A stretch of DNA of 64,000 nucleotides from Paraspadella gotoi (GCA_051294375.1 CM119266.1:2099380-2163379); one strand, 5' to 3'. Positions 39,931 to 53,872 are shown, numbered from the stretch's first letter. Program-made: numbers and translations. The notes: a model not told the origin generated them from the letters alone.

Positions 39931-41442
39931 NNNNNNNNNNNNNNNNNNNNNNNNNNNNNNNNNNNNNNNNNNNNNNNNNNNNNNNNNNNNNNNNNNNNNN
40001 NNNNNNNNNNNNNNNNNNNNNNNNNNNNNNCCCTAAGCAAACCCCATCAGGACCGATCGAAAGCCCCTTACCTTGACCCCTCGACCTCTTGACCTTACCT
40101 TATCCAAATCGCGAGATCGGATTCCGGAATTCGACTCTCGACGTCGGAAGATCCTTACCTCTCTTCGTCGGGAGTCACTTACTCAGATCCGGCTCGAGGG
40201 TAAGGAGGGTAAGCGTGCGAGAATTGGGGGTGGGAGTCTCGATTCGTTACGAGGATGGAGGGAGCGGTGAGTGGGCCGTGACCATAAATGACCCTCTTAA
40301 TTAGTTCAGGGAATGAGGCTAAAGTAGACTCCCCTCCAAAAAGTCGTCGTCGTCGTTGTTGGTTCTTATCGTCGTCGTCATCTCGTTCGTTCTTCATCTT
40401 CAGTCAGTTAACACATTGTAAAAAAAAAAGACTCAGACAGTTTGAAAGTGGAAGGGAAAGGAGAGGTGTGTGGGGAGGCTGTGGGGAGGTTGTGGGGAGG
40501 TTGGAGGGGAGGTGGACGGTCTGGAGCGTGGGAAAGAAACGGGGGAAGAAAGAAGAAAGAATTCTGGTAGGATGGTTCTTGGTCAAGTTATGTTAATTTA
40601 GAGCATTTTATGTCCTTTATATACTACAATACAGAACGGGGAATTTAAAAGTTTCAAAACCGATCGTCTGTTAATTTTTTTTCTTTTTTCTTTCACTTTC
40701 TTACAGTTTCTATCCTAACTTTCTCTCTTTCTCCTCTCTCTCAGTCGCTATTNNNNNNNNNNNNNNNNNNNNNNNNNNNNNNNNNNNNNNNNNNNNNNNN
40801 NNNNNNNNNNNNNNNNNNNNNNNNNNNNNNNNNNNNNNNNNNNNNNNNNNNNNNNNNNNNNNNNNNNNNNNNNNNNNNNNNNNNNNNNNNNNNNNNNNNN
40901 NNNNNNNNNNNNNNNNNNNNNNNNNNNNNNNNNNNNNNNNNNNNNTCTCTCTCCCTTTTCCTTCTCCCCCTCTTTTTTCACTTTCACACTAGAGGCGTCA
41001 CTTTCAATTTCGATTTGGTCTCAGAAAAAAAGTGTCCAACTTTTAAGTGGGAAAAAAAATAGTGGAAAAAAAGAGGAAAGAAAAACCTCGAAAAAAAATC
41101 ATCGCTCCTCTTTTTTTTTGTCTCTTGTAGACGAATGTTCAAAGTTTTAAGGGGTGAAAAACTTCATTAAAACTCTTAAGGGGTGAAAAACTTCATTAAA
41201 AACGTTTGAGGGGTGAAAAAACTTCGTTAAATTCGTTTTTCGGGGACGGGCTAAAGATTTTTTTAAAACCTTTTTAAGAGGTTTTGGAATCTATCGTATT
41301 CTGTTCATTTGTGTTTCTATAATTTAAAGTCTTTTCAATTGATACCCTTTAGATTTTTGAAGAACCAGGTATCAACTAGGTGTGAAGAAAAGGTTATGTC
41401 TGAGTCTCTTTTGCCCTCCAATATCATTTAAGGAAAAACTCA

Positions 41443-41480
41443 CTTTGGAGGCGTGGGTTCGAATCCCACCGCTGCCACCA
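41443..41480 (+). pseudogene. Retroposed 3' fragment of mature tRNA-Leu including CCA, flanked by an 18-bp direct repeat
   Basis: CTTTGGAGGCGTGGGTTCGAATCCCACCGCTGCCA+CCA matches the 3' end of eukaryotic tRNA-Leu(AAG/TAG) as I recall it. CATTTAAGGAAAAACTCA occurs at 41425-41442 and 41481-41498. Confidence 0.9.
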
Positions 41481-41646
41481 CATTTAAGGAAAAACTCATG
41501 GATTTCAAGGGTTGAAATCAAAGATGAGATTTATTCTGGGAATAAGGAGTCTTGATCAATGCTACTAAAACTAAGAGAACCTAGGTCTATTTATATCTAG
41601 AGAAGAGGATCGGTTGTAAGGGTAAATTTGACAAATTCAATGATTC

Positions 41647-42119
41647 TGCAAGCTGATTGTTTGATTCCGGTTCCATCTTTGACCAATCAGGATTCAGTGA
41701 TTCCATTTCCTGCGGAGATCGCCCGAGCCTCCGATCCGATTTGCTTTTGGTGGCTTGATACTCCTGCGATGATATCTTGATGCTTATTATTTTTACCTTT
41801 GGTTAAACGTGAATCGTTTTCACTCAGCAGAAACTACGATTGCCCGGACGAAATGAATTTAAATGGGTTTTTTGGAGNNNNNNNNNNCTGCAAGCTGATT
41901 GTTCGATTCCGGTTCCATCTTTGACCAATCAGGATTCAGTCATTCCATTTCCTGCGGAGATCGCCCGAGCCTCCGATCCGATTTGCTTTTGGTGGCTTGA
42001 TACTCCTGCGATGGTATCTTGATGCTTATTATTTTTACCTTTGGTTAAACGTGAATCGTTTTCACTCAGCAGTAACTACGATTGCCCGGACGAAATGAAT
42101 TTCAATGGGTTTTTTGGAG
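41647..42119. repeat. ~230 bp direct duplication across a 10-N gap (probable contig-overlap artefact)
   Basis: 41647-41877 and 41888-42119 are near-identical with a few substitutions. The same pattern flanks the N10 gaps at 25237 and 56062. Confidence 0.8.
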
Positions 42120-43439
42120 ATATTAATCGTTTTTCATGTGCTTTTAATAAAACTTATAAACTCGTACAACTTGCGTTTTCTCTGATAACGACCCACGTTG
42201 AATTCTTTGGATGGGCATCGTCTCGAAAGACCGAAATCACGGGCGTGAAGCAGAAAAATACCTTACAAGGTGTTAACTTTGAAAAACGATGAATAATTAG
42301 CAAAAAATTTTCTACTCAGGTAAAGTTTTTATACTTATAAGAAAATGTTTAGTCTTTTTTACTTAGGAACGTTTTTCACTTAATTTTTTCATTTTCTCTT
42401 TTTAGACTTCTGTCATTTTCCACCTTTTTTTCCTCATTGTCCCCTCCAAATTTCTCTGGTCCCCTTAAAGCGACTTTTCCGACATCAAAGTAATCAGGAT
42501 CGAATTAAGAAGACGGCGATTAGATGAAAGATGAAAAGTTCGGAGGAAAGACCTGTGGTTGTCGTCGTTGTTGTTATTGTTGTAGTTGTAACCACAAAAC
42601 CTGATGAAAAGTTCGTATGAGAAACTCAGGATTAGAGATGTCGTAAGTCAAAATTTTGTTTCATATCAAGAATTCTAAATATTAATATAAGTATATAAGT
42701 TTGGAATTGACTCAACTGAGAAGAATTAGCACAAAATACATTATACACTAAATACACTCGAGGAAATCTCGAATACGAGCAGTGAGGAGCAGTCGTAAGT
42801 GAAGTGGAATTGATTAAAGAATAGAATTAAGTTATGAGGCAAAATAAAAGAGAAGAATATTAAAAATTGATCCCCAAATCATTGGGAATTCAATTAAGAC
42901 CCAAACCCCCTTTGTTATCTCAATAACCCCACAATATTTTTCCCCTTTTCCCGCCACCAGTAATTATCCAGGCATTTTGCTTTGTTCTGCCCTTTTTGCC
43001 TCCGAGAGAAGACGGCCCAGACATTGGACAGTATCCTTTTAAAATCGTTCTTTAAACATTGATGCAAATATGCTTTTGATATTTATCATTTTTAAAGCTT
43101 ACTACATGTAATTGTTTTATTAAAGGCTATTTATTGAAGTGCCAACTTGGACTCAGTGATTCGAAACTACAAAATCTAAATTTTAATCAAAGTAAAGAAT
43201 AATAAAGATAAATACAGCCGAAGGTACCGCTGACCCCTCTATCCTCTTCCCTTTCCTCTCCTCTCCTTTCCTTCGCTCGGTTCCCCTGGCATTTTCAAAA
43301 CTCATAACAAGCGATGAGATTCAATATGCAAAAAAAAGGGAGAGAGAGGCTGTTTCCGCAGAGACTAATTAGTTTAATTTATTATAATTTGTTAAATTCT
43401 AAAGGCTTTTGATATTTAATTGTATTAAAAAAAGCGACG

Positions 43440-43470
<31 letters not shown>

Positions 43471-44966
43471 AAGATGAAAGCATTTTTTTTTCAAAGAATT
43501 TTTAGGAATCGTTTGGCTGGTGAATAAAAAGTCATTTTAGCATTGTCTTTTCATGTCACGTTTGTTACCCGATTCAACAATCCACATGTTTAATGTCATT
43601 TTTGTTTTCCTACGTAATCGATTTTTATCTCATTTTTTTTTCACAAACTTTAAATGCCCTTTAGAAGGATAATCCTGCCTTGTCTTTAGCGAACGTAAAG
43701 ATGGAACGAACGAGCAAACGAACGAACGAACAAACGAACGAAAGAACGAACCAAAGAAAGAACGAACGGACGGACGGACGGATGGACAATACAACAATAC
43801 ATATCATAGGACAAGGCGTCTATGGAAAGACAGAAGAGCTGGGAAAGACTCACTTAGGCCTATTATCCGACGCGCTGACAGACCGACCGACTCCAAAAAA
43901 ATCGGACGGCATAGTGCGATAATAGAGATTCAACCTCTAACGCGATTTTTTTCCGCATTTTTTGAAGTCATCGGCAAAAAAAAAATAAAGAATTTTGCGA
44001 ATGGATTTTCTTTTTCCTGCTTTTTTTTTTCTGAGCAAAAAAGCGAAATTTCTCGATTCAACGCGAAATCATTTTTTTTTCTTCTTTTTTTTTTCTGGAT
44101 TTTTTCGTTGATCCGAAATTCGTCATTGGATTAAGTTTCGATTTTAACTTTTTTGGGTTTATTTTGTTTTATGAATTTATTGAATTTAAGGAAGTTTAAG
44201 CGATTTTTAAAAGATTTACTTTGTTTTATACAAGAGAAATTATTTATTCTTTAAAATGCACATTTTGTGGACGTCAATCATTTTAATTTTATTTTCTCGA
44301 GTTTTAGTAGCATACGTTTCTCTTTTAAATACAAGCTGTCGATATGAGGTCTTGAGATTTTGTTAATGTTCCTCTCATTCTTGCCTCTTTTTTTCATCAT
44401 TTTTTAAATTTCGCTATTTTCCCCATAAACTCAGTTTGATTCTTTTCTTTCTCTCTAGAGACGAAATTTCGTCCCTAAAAACTTTTTCTTTCTCTTTAAA
44501 AAAAGTTTTCTTTTTTTTTTCTTTTGTTTTGGTGATTATTGTCGCACTGATTTCCTTTCAAAGTCAGAGGTTAAAGTTAATACAAACGATTTTTCATTTT
44601 CCTTTCCGCGACCGAATTTATTTAACTTAAAATAAATATAAATATAAATATAAATAAATTCATTTATTTATTTATTCATGGATCAAATGAATTTTTTTTT
44701 TTTGAATCGTGATTCCATCATTAACAATTCTATGGTATTGTTAGTATGCACTATGCATTATAACGAATTTTGTAAAACATAAAAAACAATGCATTTCATA
44801 ATAAAAAAAAAACATTTGGTATTGTAATTCTGACCAAGAGTTTTCGATCACATTTCCGTCATCCCTGATTCACAGATTTGGTGATCGAAAGGCAACACAA
44901 ATCGATTTTTCACCGCCACTCGTGAATTCACCCAGAAAAGGCGATAAAGTTTTATACTCCCCTCTG

Positions 44967-45012
<46 letters not shown>

Positions 45013-45048
45013 TCATCTGGTCTTCTCGTCTCTCTGCATCCAGTCTCG

Positions 45049-45079
<31 letters not shown>

Positions 45080-45637
45080 TTCTCTGCTCTTAATTTATCT
45101 CAAATTTATAAAATCGCAGATTTTCTCTCACTCTTAATAAGCACTTTATCAAAGGAAACATTAAGTAATTCGAAAGACCTTATCACTTTAATACGACAGG
45201 TGGCATAACTGACGTTTCAATTGAGGTCATTTCCAAAAGCTTTTAGGGTAAAAGATAAGGAGGATATTAGAATTCTTTTAAGCAAACTACGAAACAACGT
45301 AATTAAAATAAGATACATATGATAAGTCGACAATATGCAATATAGTGAAAGTGTAAACTGGGTTCCAATTGATTTTTTAGGAAAATTTATTTTAAGCCTA
45401 AGTCTTTGAACCCTTCGAAAAATTCCAAAGTGTGAAGTCTTACTTACTTATTCACTCTCACGCCATCCTTGTATTAATTCAATTAACCCTTACCACTACC
45501 ACCCACAGTTGTTTTCACTCTCATCACCCCATTACCCTAAAACACCCCCATTTTTTTAAACTCATCTTTCCGTATCTCGTACGGAATCTTACTTACCCTC
45601 ACCCTACCAAAATCAGCCTCCCAAAGTCGAAACTCAC

Positions 45638-46926
45638 CCGGAAACGATCCTGGATAATCGAGCGGTATCCTCGGGACGTACATGCTCGTGCGGGCGAGCC
45701 ATTCCGCGTACGAGAGGCCCTGACTCTGGGCCGCCTTCAACGCGTGCTCCGCCGGCGACGGGAACGGAGAGTTGGGATAGCCGCCGCCGAGCCCCGCCGC
45801 GGCTGCTGCGGCCGCCGCTTGAATGGCTGGATGCGGATGTGGTCCGCGGATGTCGGCGGCCATCAATGCTGCGGCGGCGGCGGCGTTAGGCGGCGGTGGC
45901 CCGCCGTTGAGGCCCGCGTGAGCGAAGAAGGGATGTCCAGCGCCGGGAGGGAAGATCGCCCCGTGAGGCGGCGCTGCGGAGACGACGACGGCGCCGTTAG
46001 AGGCGGAGGTGAAGGGCGGGTGCAGTCCTGCGCCGCCGGGTCCGCCGGCGCCGCCAAACGTCGGGTGCATGTTCAAGAGTCCCGGGCGCGGCACGATGCT
46101 GGAAGGGTGAGGATGCAGTTTGAGTCCCGCGGCGCCGGGGAGACCCGAAAGCGACGCCGGGATTGGCGGCGATCCGGCGCCCGAAGATCCGGCGCCCATC
46201 GGAGATTCTCGCGAAGCCGCGCGGGACGGAGACTTGGAAGTCTCGGACGAGCCGCTCGGAGAAGGTGGGCCAGTGGAGAGAAGCGCTGGATTGTTGTTGT
46301 TGTTGTTGATGTTGTGATGATGTTGATGATGGATATGGAGAGAGGAGGTCGGGGGTGGGGAGGAAGAAGAGGAGGAAGGGCGGAAGGGTTGAGGTGGAGT
46401 CAGGGTCGGGGTTTTCGAGGAAGAGGAAGAGGAGGAGGAAGAAGCCGAGGTGATGGCGACTTTAAAGGCTGCCGCTGCAGCCGCGGCGGCCGCTGCTGCG
46501 GCTGGGGAGAGTTTGGCGGCGAGGAGCGGAGGAGTCGAGGAAGCCATGGAGGAAGAAGAAGTGGACGAGGAGGAGGAAGAAGCGGAGGAGGCTGCGGCGG
46601 CGGCGGCGATGGCGGCGGCCGCCGTTTCCGGTTTCGCCAACAGATCGTCGATGCGGAACGATTTGGCGTTGTTGAGTCCGGCGGCGGCGGCGGCTGCCGC
46701 GGCGGAGGCGGCGTCCAGTTTTCTCGGCACCGGAGAGACGAGGGAGACGGGCGCGCCGGCGCCAGCTCCGCCGAGGGCTCCGCCAAGGCGCGCCGCTATG
46801 GAGATGGGGACGTGGGGCGCCAGGGCGCCGCCGAGGGCTCCCGCGGCGGCCTGAGCGGCCAGCAAAGCGGCGGCGGCGGCGTGGTGCAGGGTGTGCCACG
46901 AGGGGGGACCGGTTTTGATGAGCCAT
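45638..46926 (-). CDS. Mnx: Exon 1 of an Mnx/HB9-type homeobox transcription factor; homeobox exons not seen in the window
   Basis: eh1/TN motif KSFRIDDLLA (cf. vertebrate MNX1 KNFRIDALLA); Ala/Ser/Pro-rich linker; pre-homeodomain block AEHALKAAQSQGLSYAEWLARTSMYVPRIPLDY resembling the Mnx EWLAR..M..P motif; phase-1 donor G|GTGAGT at 45637. GC-rich island. The start is uncertain: ATG 46926 needs a 1-nt correction near 46890. Confidence 0.78.
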
Positions 46927-47135
46927 CGGGGGCGGTGGAAAGGCGGGAATTGCGCATGGCAGGGGCGGATGTGGGGGGCATTCGAGGGATGGAGGGATAT
47001 GGGGTAACAGGAAGGGGGTTCAGAGAACAGGGGTGTGGAAGGACTTCTTCTGTGTCGAATGGAGATTTAAGAAAAATGAATCGACGAGATTATTTTTAGG
47101 GAAGTTTGTTAGTTTGTTAAGAAGTCGATAAAAGT

Positions 47136-47315
47136 GGCGCAGAGACGATTTCTTTTCGCTCTGTTTTGGCGCAGTGATTGGCGCAGTGTTTGACGCAGGG
47201 TTTGGCGCAGTTATTGACGATTTCTTTTCGCTCTGTTTTGGCGCAGTGTTTGACGCAGGGTTTGGCGCAGTGATTGGCGCAGTGTTTGGCGCAGTGATTG
47301 CGCAGTGTTTGACGC
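47136..47315. repeat. Short tandem array of TTGGCGCAGTG-like units upstream of the Mnx exon
   Basis: About a dozen variants of (T/A)TTG(G/A)CGCAG(T/G)G, including five exact TTTGGCGC. Confidence 0.75.
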
Positions 47316-48044
47316 CCTACAAACTTTCGTGATTTCTGGAAGACTTTTTTGAAGTCGGATGAATTCGAATACTGTTTTTAAAAATATAAAGCAACGTGAA
47401 AAAATGTCACGATCTAAATCACTTGCGTTCTATGTTCACGAATTGTAGGGAATGTTTTAATTCACTCTGTCTGTGATATTTAGGCGCCGTAAGATAAAAT
47501 ACGAGCGTAGGTAAAGAGAGGAAAACGTGAAAAAAAGATAGAAAGATGTGAGATGAGACAGAAGACGCTGACGGAGATAGAGACGGCAAAAGAAGAGCGA
47601 GAGTGATGCAGAGTCCGAGAGAGATAGAGAGGGAGTGAGACGAAGAGAAAATTCTTTTATCTTTTTTGACGGGGAAAAAAAAGGGAAAGAATTGAGTTAT
47701 CGTTTTTCGAGTCGCAAAATCGCGAAGAGTGATATTTGGAATCCGACGGAATCACGCATTTGGAACGGGGGGGAGGAGGAAGAGGAGGAGGAGGAGGAGG
47801 ATGCGCCGGATGAGGAAGGGAAGAGAAACGGGAAGAGGAAGAGGAGGATGAGAAAGAATCGGAAGAAACGAGGAGGATTCGTCGAAGGCGTCGAGAGCGG
47901 CGATGACGATGGCAACGTCGATGGAATCGGCGAAGAATGGAACCGACGACGACGACGATAAATACGACGATGACAACGACGACGACGACGACGACGACCA
48001 CAAGAATATCCCCTCTAAATTACGTCGACAATTGGTGAAAACGG

Positions 48045-48075
<31 letters not shown>

Positions 48076-48114
48076 AGAAGAGAGAGAGAGAGAGAGAGAG
48101 AAGAGAGAGAGAGG

Positions 48115-48145
<31 letters not shown>

Positions 48146-48927
48146 TGTTTCTAGCGACAGTACTAGTGGACACTTTAGCGTTTTCCTTTCTTCTCTTTTT
48201 CTTTTTTTTAAACGTCCGACGGTCCGCCTTTTCGTCGATTATTTCCACAGCGGAGATTAATTAATTCCTTCAGCATTGATTAATTTATTTTCTGAGCGAT
48301 GATTAATTAATCTTCACATCGATTAATCTTTTTTTTTTCGCTCTTGGCGAGAAAATCTTTTCGGAGCGCCTTTTGTTCACGTGATTTCACATTCGTTCAC
48401 CGAGAATCTTCGTTTACAACATTTGAAAATCTTTCTCTTCGTTTATTTGAGATTCATTTGCAAGGATTATGGACCTAATGGCTCAATCACTTAATTGGTA
48501 CAAAATACTATACATTCATTCAATAAATAAATAAGATAAGACTTTGGACAGGCTATGGGTGAGTTAAGACTTCCTTCTCTCTATAAAGATAACAGCACGG
48601 CAGAGCCCAGCAAGTTTTTAATCAAGACAGTTAATTAACTAACAAAGCACCTCACTTAACTTTAATGAAGTTATATTTTTAAAAGCTTTCTCTATTATAT
48701 AATGGGCCACACCTTTAAATTTGATCTTTTTCAATGTTTTCTTTGTATTTAATGTTTAAATTCCGTGATTCGTCACGAAAAACTCTTCGACGATTTCTTC
48801 CACTTTCTCGATTTCTGTGAATTTTTGATAATGAGATTTGGAATTCGACGATCAGCGTGAAGTCGTGATCTTCACCAAAACTCGATTCTCCTTCACAAAT
48901 CCGCGCGTTTTTTCACGTGACTCTCTC

Positions 48928-50358
48928 AGACGCAATGCACGAAGCAGTGGTCGGATCGCGCCCCCATTACCGTGAAGCGTAGGCGCCTACAATAATCGAT
49001 CGGCCATTCGCTCCGCTCGCCCGTCAAAGAAAACGCCCAAGTCCATCAAAAGCGTTGTCGATGTGTGTAGACATTCGGTCGATTGTTTCGCATAACCAAT
49101 CCGGAAAAATCCGGTAGAAAAAGTTGAGTATCGTAATGAACGCGGAAAAGGTCTATGGATCGGGTGTGCCGACAGTTATAAGATTTTCTCGCGAGTGACC
49201 AGATTCTCCAGAATCCCCCCAACCTGAGTTCTAAACCAAATCCAGGGCGTCCACATCTCATAGCCAATCGTTTCGACGGCCGAGGGATTCCAGAATTTGC
49301 GAGAGTCCAGAAAATAAATTTCTGATCTCCAAAGGATCCGGAAAGTTCGACTCCTTCCAAGCGAATCTCGTGAGCGTTTTGACCTGAGCGAAATTGACGG
49401 CCGCCTGCAAAGTTGCGCGAAGGTTGCAGCGGTTGCGATCGCATCGACGTCGCACTTTGTTTAGTTCACTCGCGCTGAGTTGAAGAGGGATCATGCGAAG
49501 TCTTCCCGGCGGCTGAGATGGCCTCTCTGGTCGAGGAGTGAAGTTGAAGAAAGAGCAAGCTGGGGGCCAAAGGCATGACGTTAAAGGTTTTCATCCACTT
49601 GCGAGGGAGGTAGAGCATGGCTTGTGTCAATGAAGGTAGTTTCCTAAGTCTTCGGCAACAATCTCTTTGTAGAAAGTCGGCAACGTCTGTGCGAGTGCAG
49701 ATTGCATGTCGTCAACTGGCTGGTGGATCAGTTCCTTGACAAGTTGATCACCGAACCCATGAGGGACTTACTGTCGATAATTCGTGATGAATGAAGGTGC
49801 CGATAATAACACTTTGTGTTTCTTATTGTGAACGGAGCCTTGGAGCTTCTTCACCCTCCACAGCGGGCCTACGCGGGAGTCTATAGGCTCGCAAATGTCT
49901 TTTTCTAGAACGCCCAACCAGTTGTCCGTGTCTAGGGCCTCGAAATTAAAGACGAAAACTCTTCCATCTCCACGAAATATAAAAGATCGTCGCATTTCGG
50001 AAATCCATTCTCATCTTGCTCTCCGTCTAAGGCGCGATTCGAAGCTCAGCATCGGATTGGCAGCCGCCACCCTCCACAACGCCCTCTCAGCGCACTCTCC
50101 TTCAACGGCGCCACGCCCTCGAAAAAAGAAGGCGATCGAGAGAAGGTAATGTCCGCGGAGTTGGCCGTGCTCCAAGAGGGCGTGTAGTATTCCAGAGGCG
50201 GCCGAGTCGCCCGTCAAGAATACGACGCACGCGGCGAACTTTGTCCTCGTATTTACGCCGACGATGGAAATAGTCGAAGAGGAAATAAGATGAGACGATG
50301 ACGACGAGGAAAACCCGACAATCGAAACAGTGACCCCAATAAACTCTTTACTCCCATT
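48928..50358 (-). pseudogene. 3'-truncated, frameshifted inverted copy of the 54434-55987 gene
   Basis: Fragments NFEALDTDNWLGVLEKDICEPIDSRVGPLWRVKKLQGS and MIPLQLSASELNKVRRRCDRNRCNLRATLQ occur in shifting frames. The last ~43 codons are absent. Confidence 0.8.
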
Positions 50359-50957
50359 TAATTAGCAAAATGTTAAAAAAAAAAAAGTATTAAAAAAAAT
50401 TTCATAAAAGGTTACGTTTCAAGTTATATGAGCTTGTTGCTAAGACTTTTTTTTCCTCTGAGTTATAAAAGCTTTTTTTGTATTCTTGAATATAGTATTC
50501 TCTTTGGGTTAACAATTTTTTTGGAAATTCAATAGTAAATTTTTTATAATGAGCAAAAAAGAAGGATCCTAACTTATTACTTTTTACTCTGAGTTATAAT
50601 ATTTCTTGTAACGGATAATGCAAGATGATTCAACAAATCATAATTTTCCTAATACCTCGCGCGAAGTCAGGAATTTGTAAATTTCATTTGTTACCGGCGA
50701 CGCGTCGCCTTGTTATCTTAACAATCGCTATCAAACAACAACAACGACAACAATCCTATCGGGAAATTCGCTTCTTCTTGAGTCCTTGAAAAGGAGGAGG
50801 AGGAGGAGGAGGAGGAGAAGGAAGAGGAAGAGGATAAACATAAAGGTAAAAGGGAGAAAAAGCGATATAGAAAAAAGAATTTGCTTCATCAGGTTGTAAA
50901 AGCGGAAGACCGACTTGGGTGTCAAGAGCGAGAGAGAGGCAGAGAGAGAGAGAGAAG

Positions 50958-51005
<48 letters not shown>

Positions 51006-51251
51006 CAGAGAGAGAGAGAGAGATGGAGACGTTTCGATAAAGGAGAGGAGCCGGGGTCAAGATACTTGCGATGAGACGAGTAAGAGATGATGAGGAGGGG
51101 AAGAGGAGGGAGGAGGAGGGAGGTGAAGGAAGGAGGAGGAAGAGGAGGAGGAAAATGGTTTCAAAGACGACGGTGGTACGGTACGTGTGTGGGCGTGCGC
51201 AATGTGAGTGGACAGTGTGCGCACTTCGCCGGACGATGTGAACGGTGGCCC

Positions 51252-51329
<78 letters not shown>

Positions 51330-51556
51330 CTCTCTGTCAAAAGTGGACCTCCTTGAAAAACGTAGCTGGATAACATCGATTTCAATCAAAAGGCTTTGGT
51401 AGAGAGGCGCTACTTCTTCCCGATGTCACTTTGTTTGTACATCAGTTATTGCGTTTTCGTCGTCGTCGTCGTCGTCGTCATCTTCGTCCCGGTCGTGGAG
51501 AGATAAGGGAAATCAAGGACCAAACGGAAACGGAGTCGTTTTTCGAGTCGGTGTCA

Positions 51557-51591
<35 letters not shown>

Positions 51592-53230
51592 TTTTTATCG
51601 TATTCTCCGTACTTCATCTTCTTATCACTTTTCCCTCTCGAAGTCGTAATCGTTGACTTTCTTATCACATTACATTGACTCTCATTATCGTCTTCGCTTT
51701 CGTTTACAAAGTCTTGAGTCATTTTCCTTTTCAATTACGTATGATTAAGATGTTATTTAGAAGCATAATTACAAAATGTCGTTACATTTTTGTTACATCA
51801 TTACATTTTCGCGATAAAAAAAAAATGGGCACCCACACCTCGACCCTCGCATCGACCCACACGATTGCGATGCATCTGGCTGATCTTTCGTCCCTGTGGG
51901 GACAAATCCCATTTGTCCCCTCTCCGATTGTCCTCTCGTCCCGATTGTCCTAATATCCGATTGTCCGATTGTGCGCACGTTTTTAATTGTTCACCAGTCA
52001 GAATTAACTCTTTTTCAGAATTCTGCTAAATTTTTTCCAAAAAAATTAAGACCAAATCGATTGGAAGACAACAAACTTACAGAGACAAAAAAATAAATGT
52101 TTAAAAATTGACTTTAATTTACATTTAGTCAATTATTTTTTTTCATGTGGGACGAAAAAGCTAGTACTACTTTTTAATAAGTGAATTCGCCATCTTCGTC
52201 AGGTTCCGTCGAGGATCTTCGAGGAGTTTGCCTCTTTAGTTTTCGTCTGGAAGAGAGTTACGTGATGGAGACAGAGTCAGCGGATGGAGAGAGAGAGTCA
52301 CGTGATTGAGAGAAACTATCTTTGATGGAGAGGGAGAGAGAGGTCAAGTGACGGAGCAAGAGAGAGACGTATGAGAGTAGAATAGAGAGAGAGAGAGAGA
52401 GAGAGAGAGANNNNNNNNNNNNNNNNNNNNNNNNNCTCTCCATCACGTCTCTCTCTTGCTCCGTCACTTGACTCTCTCTCTCCCTCTCCATCAAGATAGT
52501 TTCTCTCAATCACGTGACTCTCTCTCTCCATCCGCTGACTCTGTCTCCATCACGTAACTCTCTCTCAGACGAAAACTAAAGAGGCAAACTCCTCGAAGAT
52601 CCTCCGACGGAACCTGACCGAAGATGGCGAATTCACTTATTAAAAAGTAGTACTAGCTTTTTCGTCCCACATGAAAAAAAATAATTGACTAAATGTAAAT
52701 TAAAGTCAATTTTTAAACATTTATTTTTTTTGTCTCTGTAAGTTGTGTTGTCTCTCAATCGATTTGGTCTTAAATTTTTTTGGAAAAAAATTTAGCAGAA
52801 TTCTGAAAAAGAGTTAATTCTGACTGGTGAACAATTAAAAACGTGCGCACAATCGGACAGTCGGATATTAGGACAATCGGACGAGAGGACAATCGGACGA
52901 GGGGACAAATGGGATTGTCCCCACAGGGACGAAAGATCAGCCAGATGCATCGCAATCGTGTGGGTCGATGCGAGGGTCGAGGTGTGGGTGGCCAATTTTT
53001 TTTTTATCGCGAAATGTAATGATGTAACAAAAATGTAACGACATTTTTGTAATTATGCTTCTAAATAACATCTTAATCATACGTAATTGAAAAAGGAAAA
53101 TGACTCAAGACTTTGTAAACGAAAGCGAAGACGATAATGAGAGTCAATGTAATGTGATAAGAAAGTCAACGATTACGACTTCGAGAGGGAAAAGTGATAA
53201 GAAGATGAAGTACGGAGAATACGATAAAAA

Positions 53231-53265
<35 letters not shown>

Positions 53266-53484
53266 TGACACCGACTCGAAAAAACGACTCCGTTTCCGTT
53301 TTGTCCTTGATTTCCCTTATCTCTCCACGACCGGGACGAAGATGACGACGACGACGACGACGACGAAACGCAATAAACTGATGTACAAACAAAGTGACAT
53401 CGGGAAGAAGTAGCGCCTCTCTACCAAAGCCTTTTGATTGAAACGATGTTATCCCAGCTACGTTTTTCAAGGAGGTCCACTTTT

Positions 53485-53558
<74 letters not shown>

Positions 53559-53788
53559 GCGGGCCACCGTTCACATCGTCCGCGCGAAGTGCGCCACACT
53601 GTCCACTCACATTGCGCACGCACACACACGTACACGTAACCGTCGTCTTTGAAACCATTTTCCTCCTCCTCTTCCTCCTCTTCCTCCTCCTTCCTTCACC
53701 TCCTCCTCCTCCTCCTCTTCCCTCCTCACATCCTCTTACTCGTCTCATCGCAAGTATCTTGACCCCGGCTCTCTCCTTTATCGAAACG

Positions 53789-53872
<84 letters not shown>

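Noticed and set aside
42600-42630. CTGATGA...GAAAC hammerhead-like motif
   Set aside because: No credible helix II or helix III.
45432-47099. 555-aa plus-strand ORF
   Set aside because: Antisense shadow of the GC-rich Mnx exon; low-complexity Arg/Gly with a non-ATG start.
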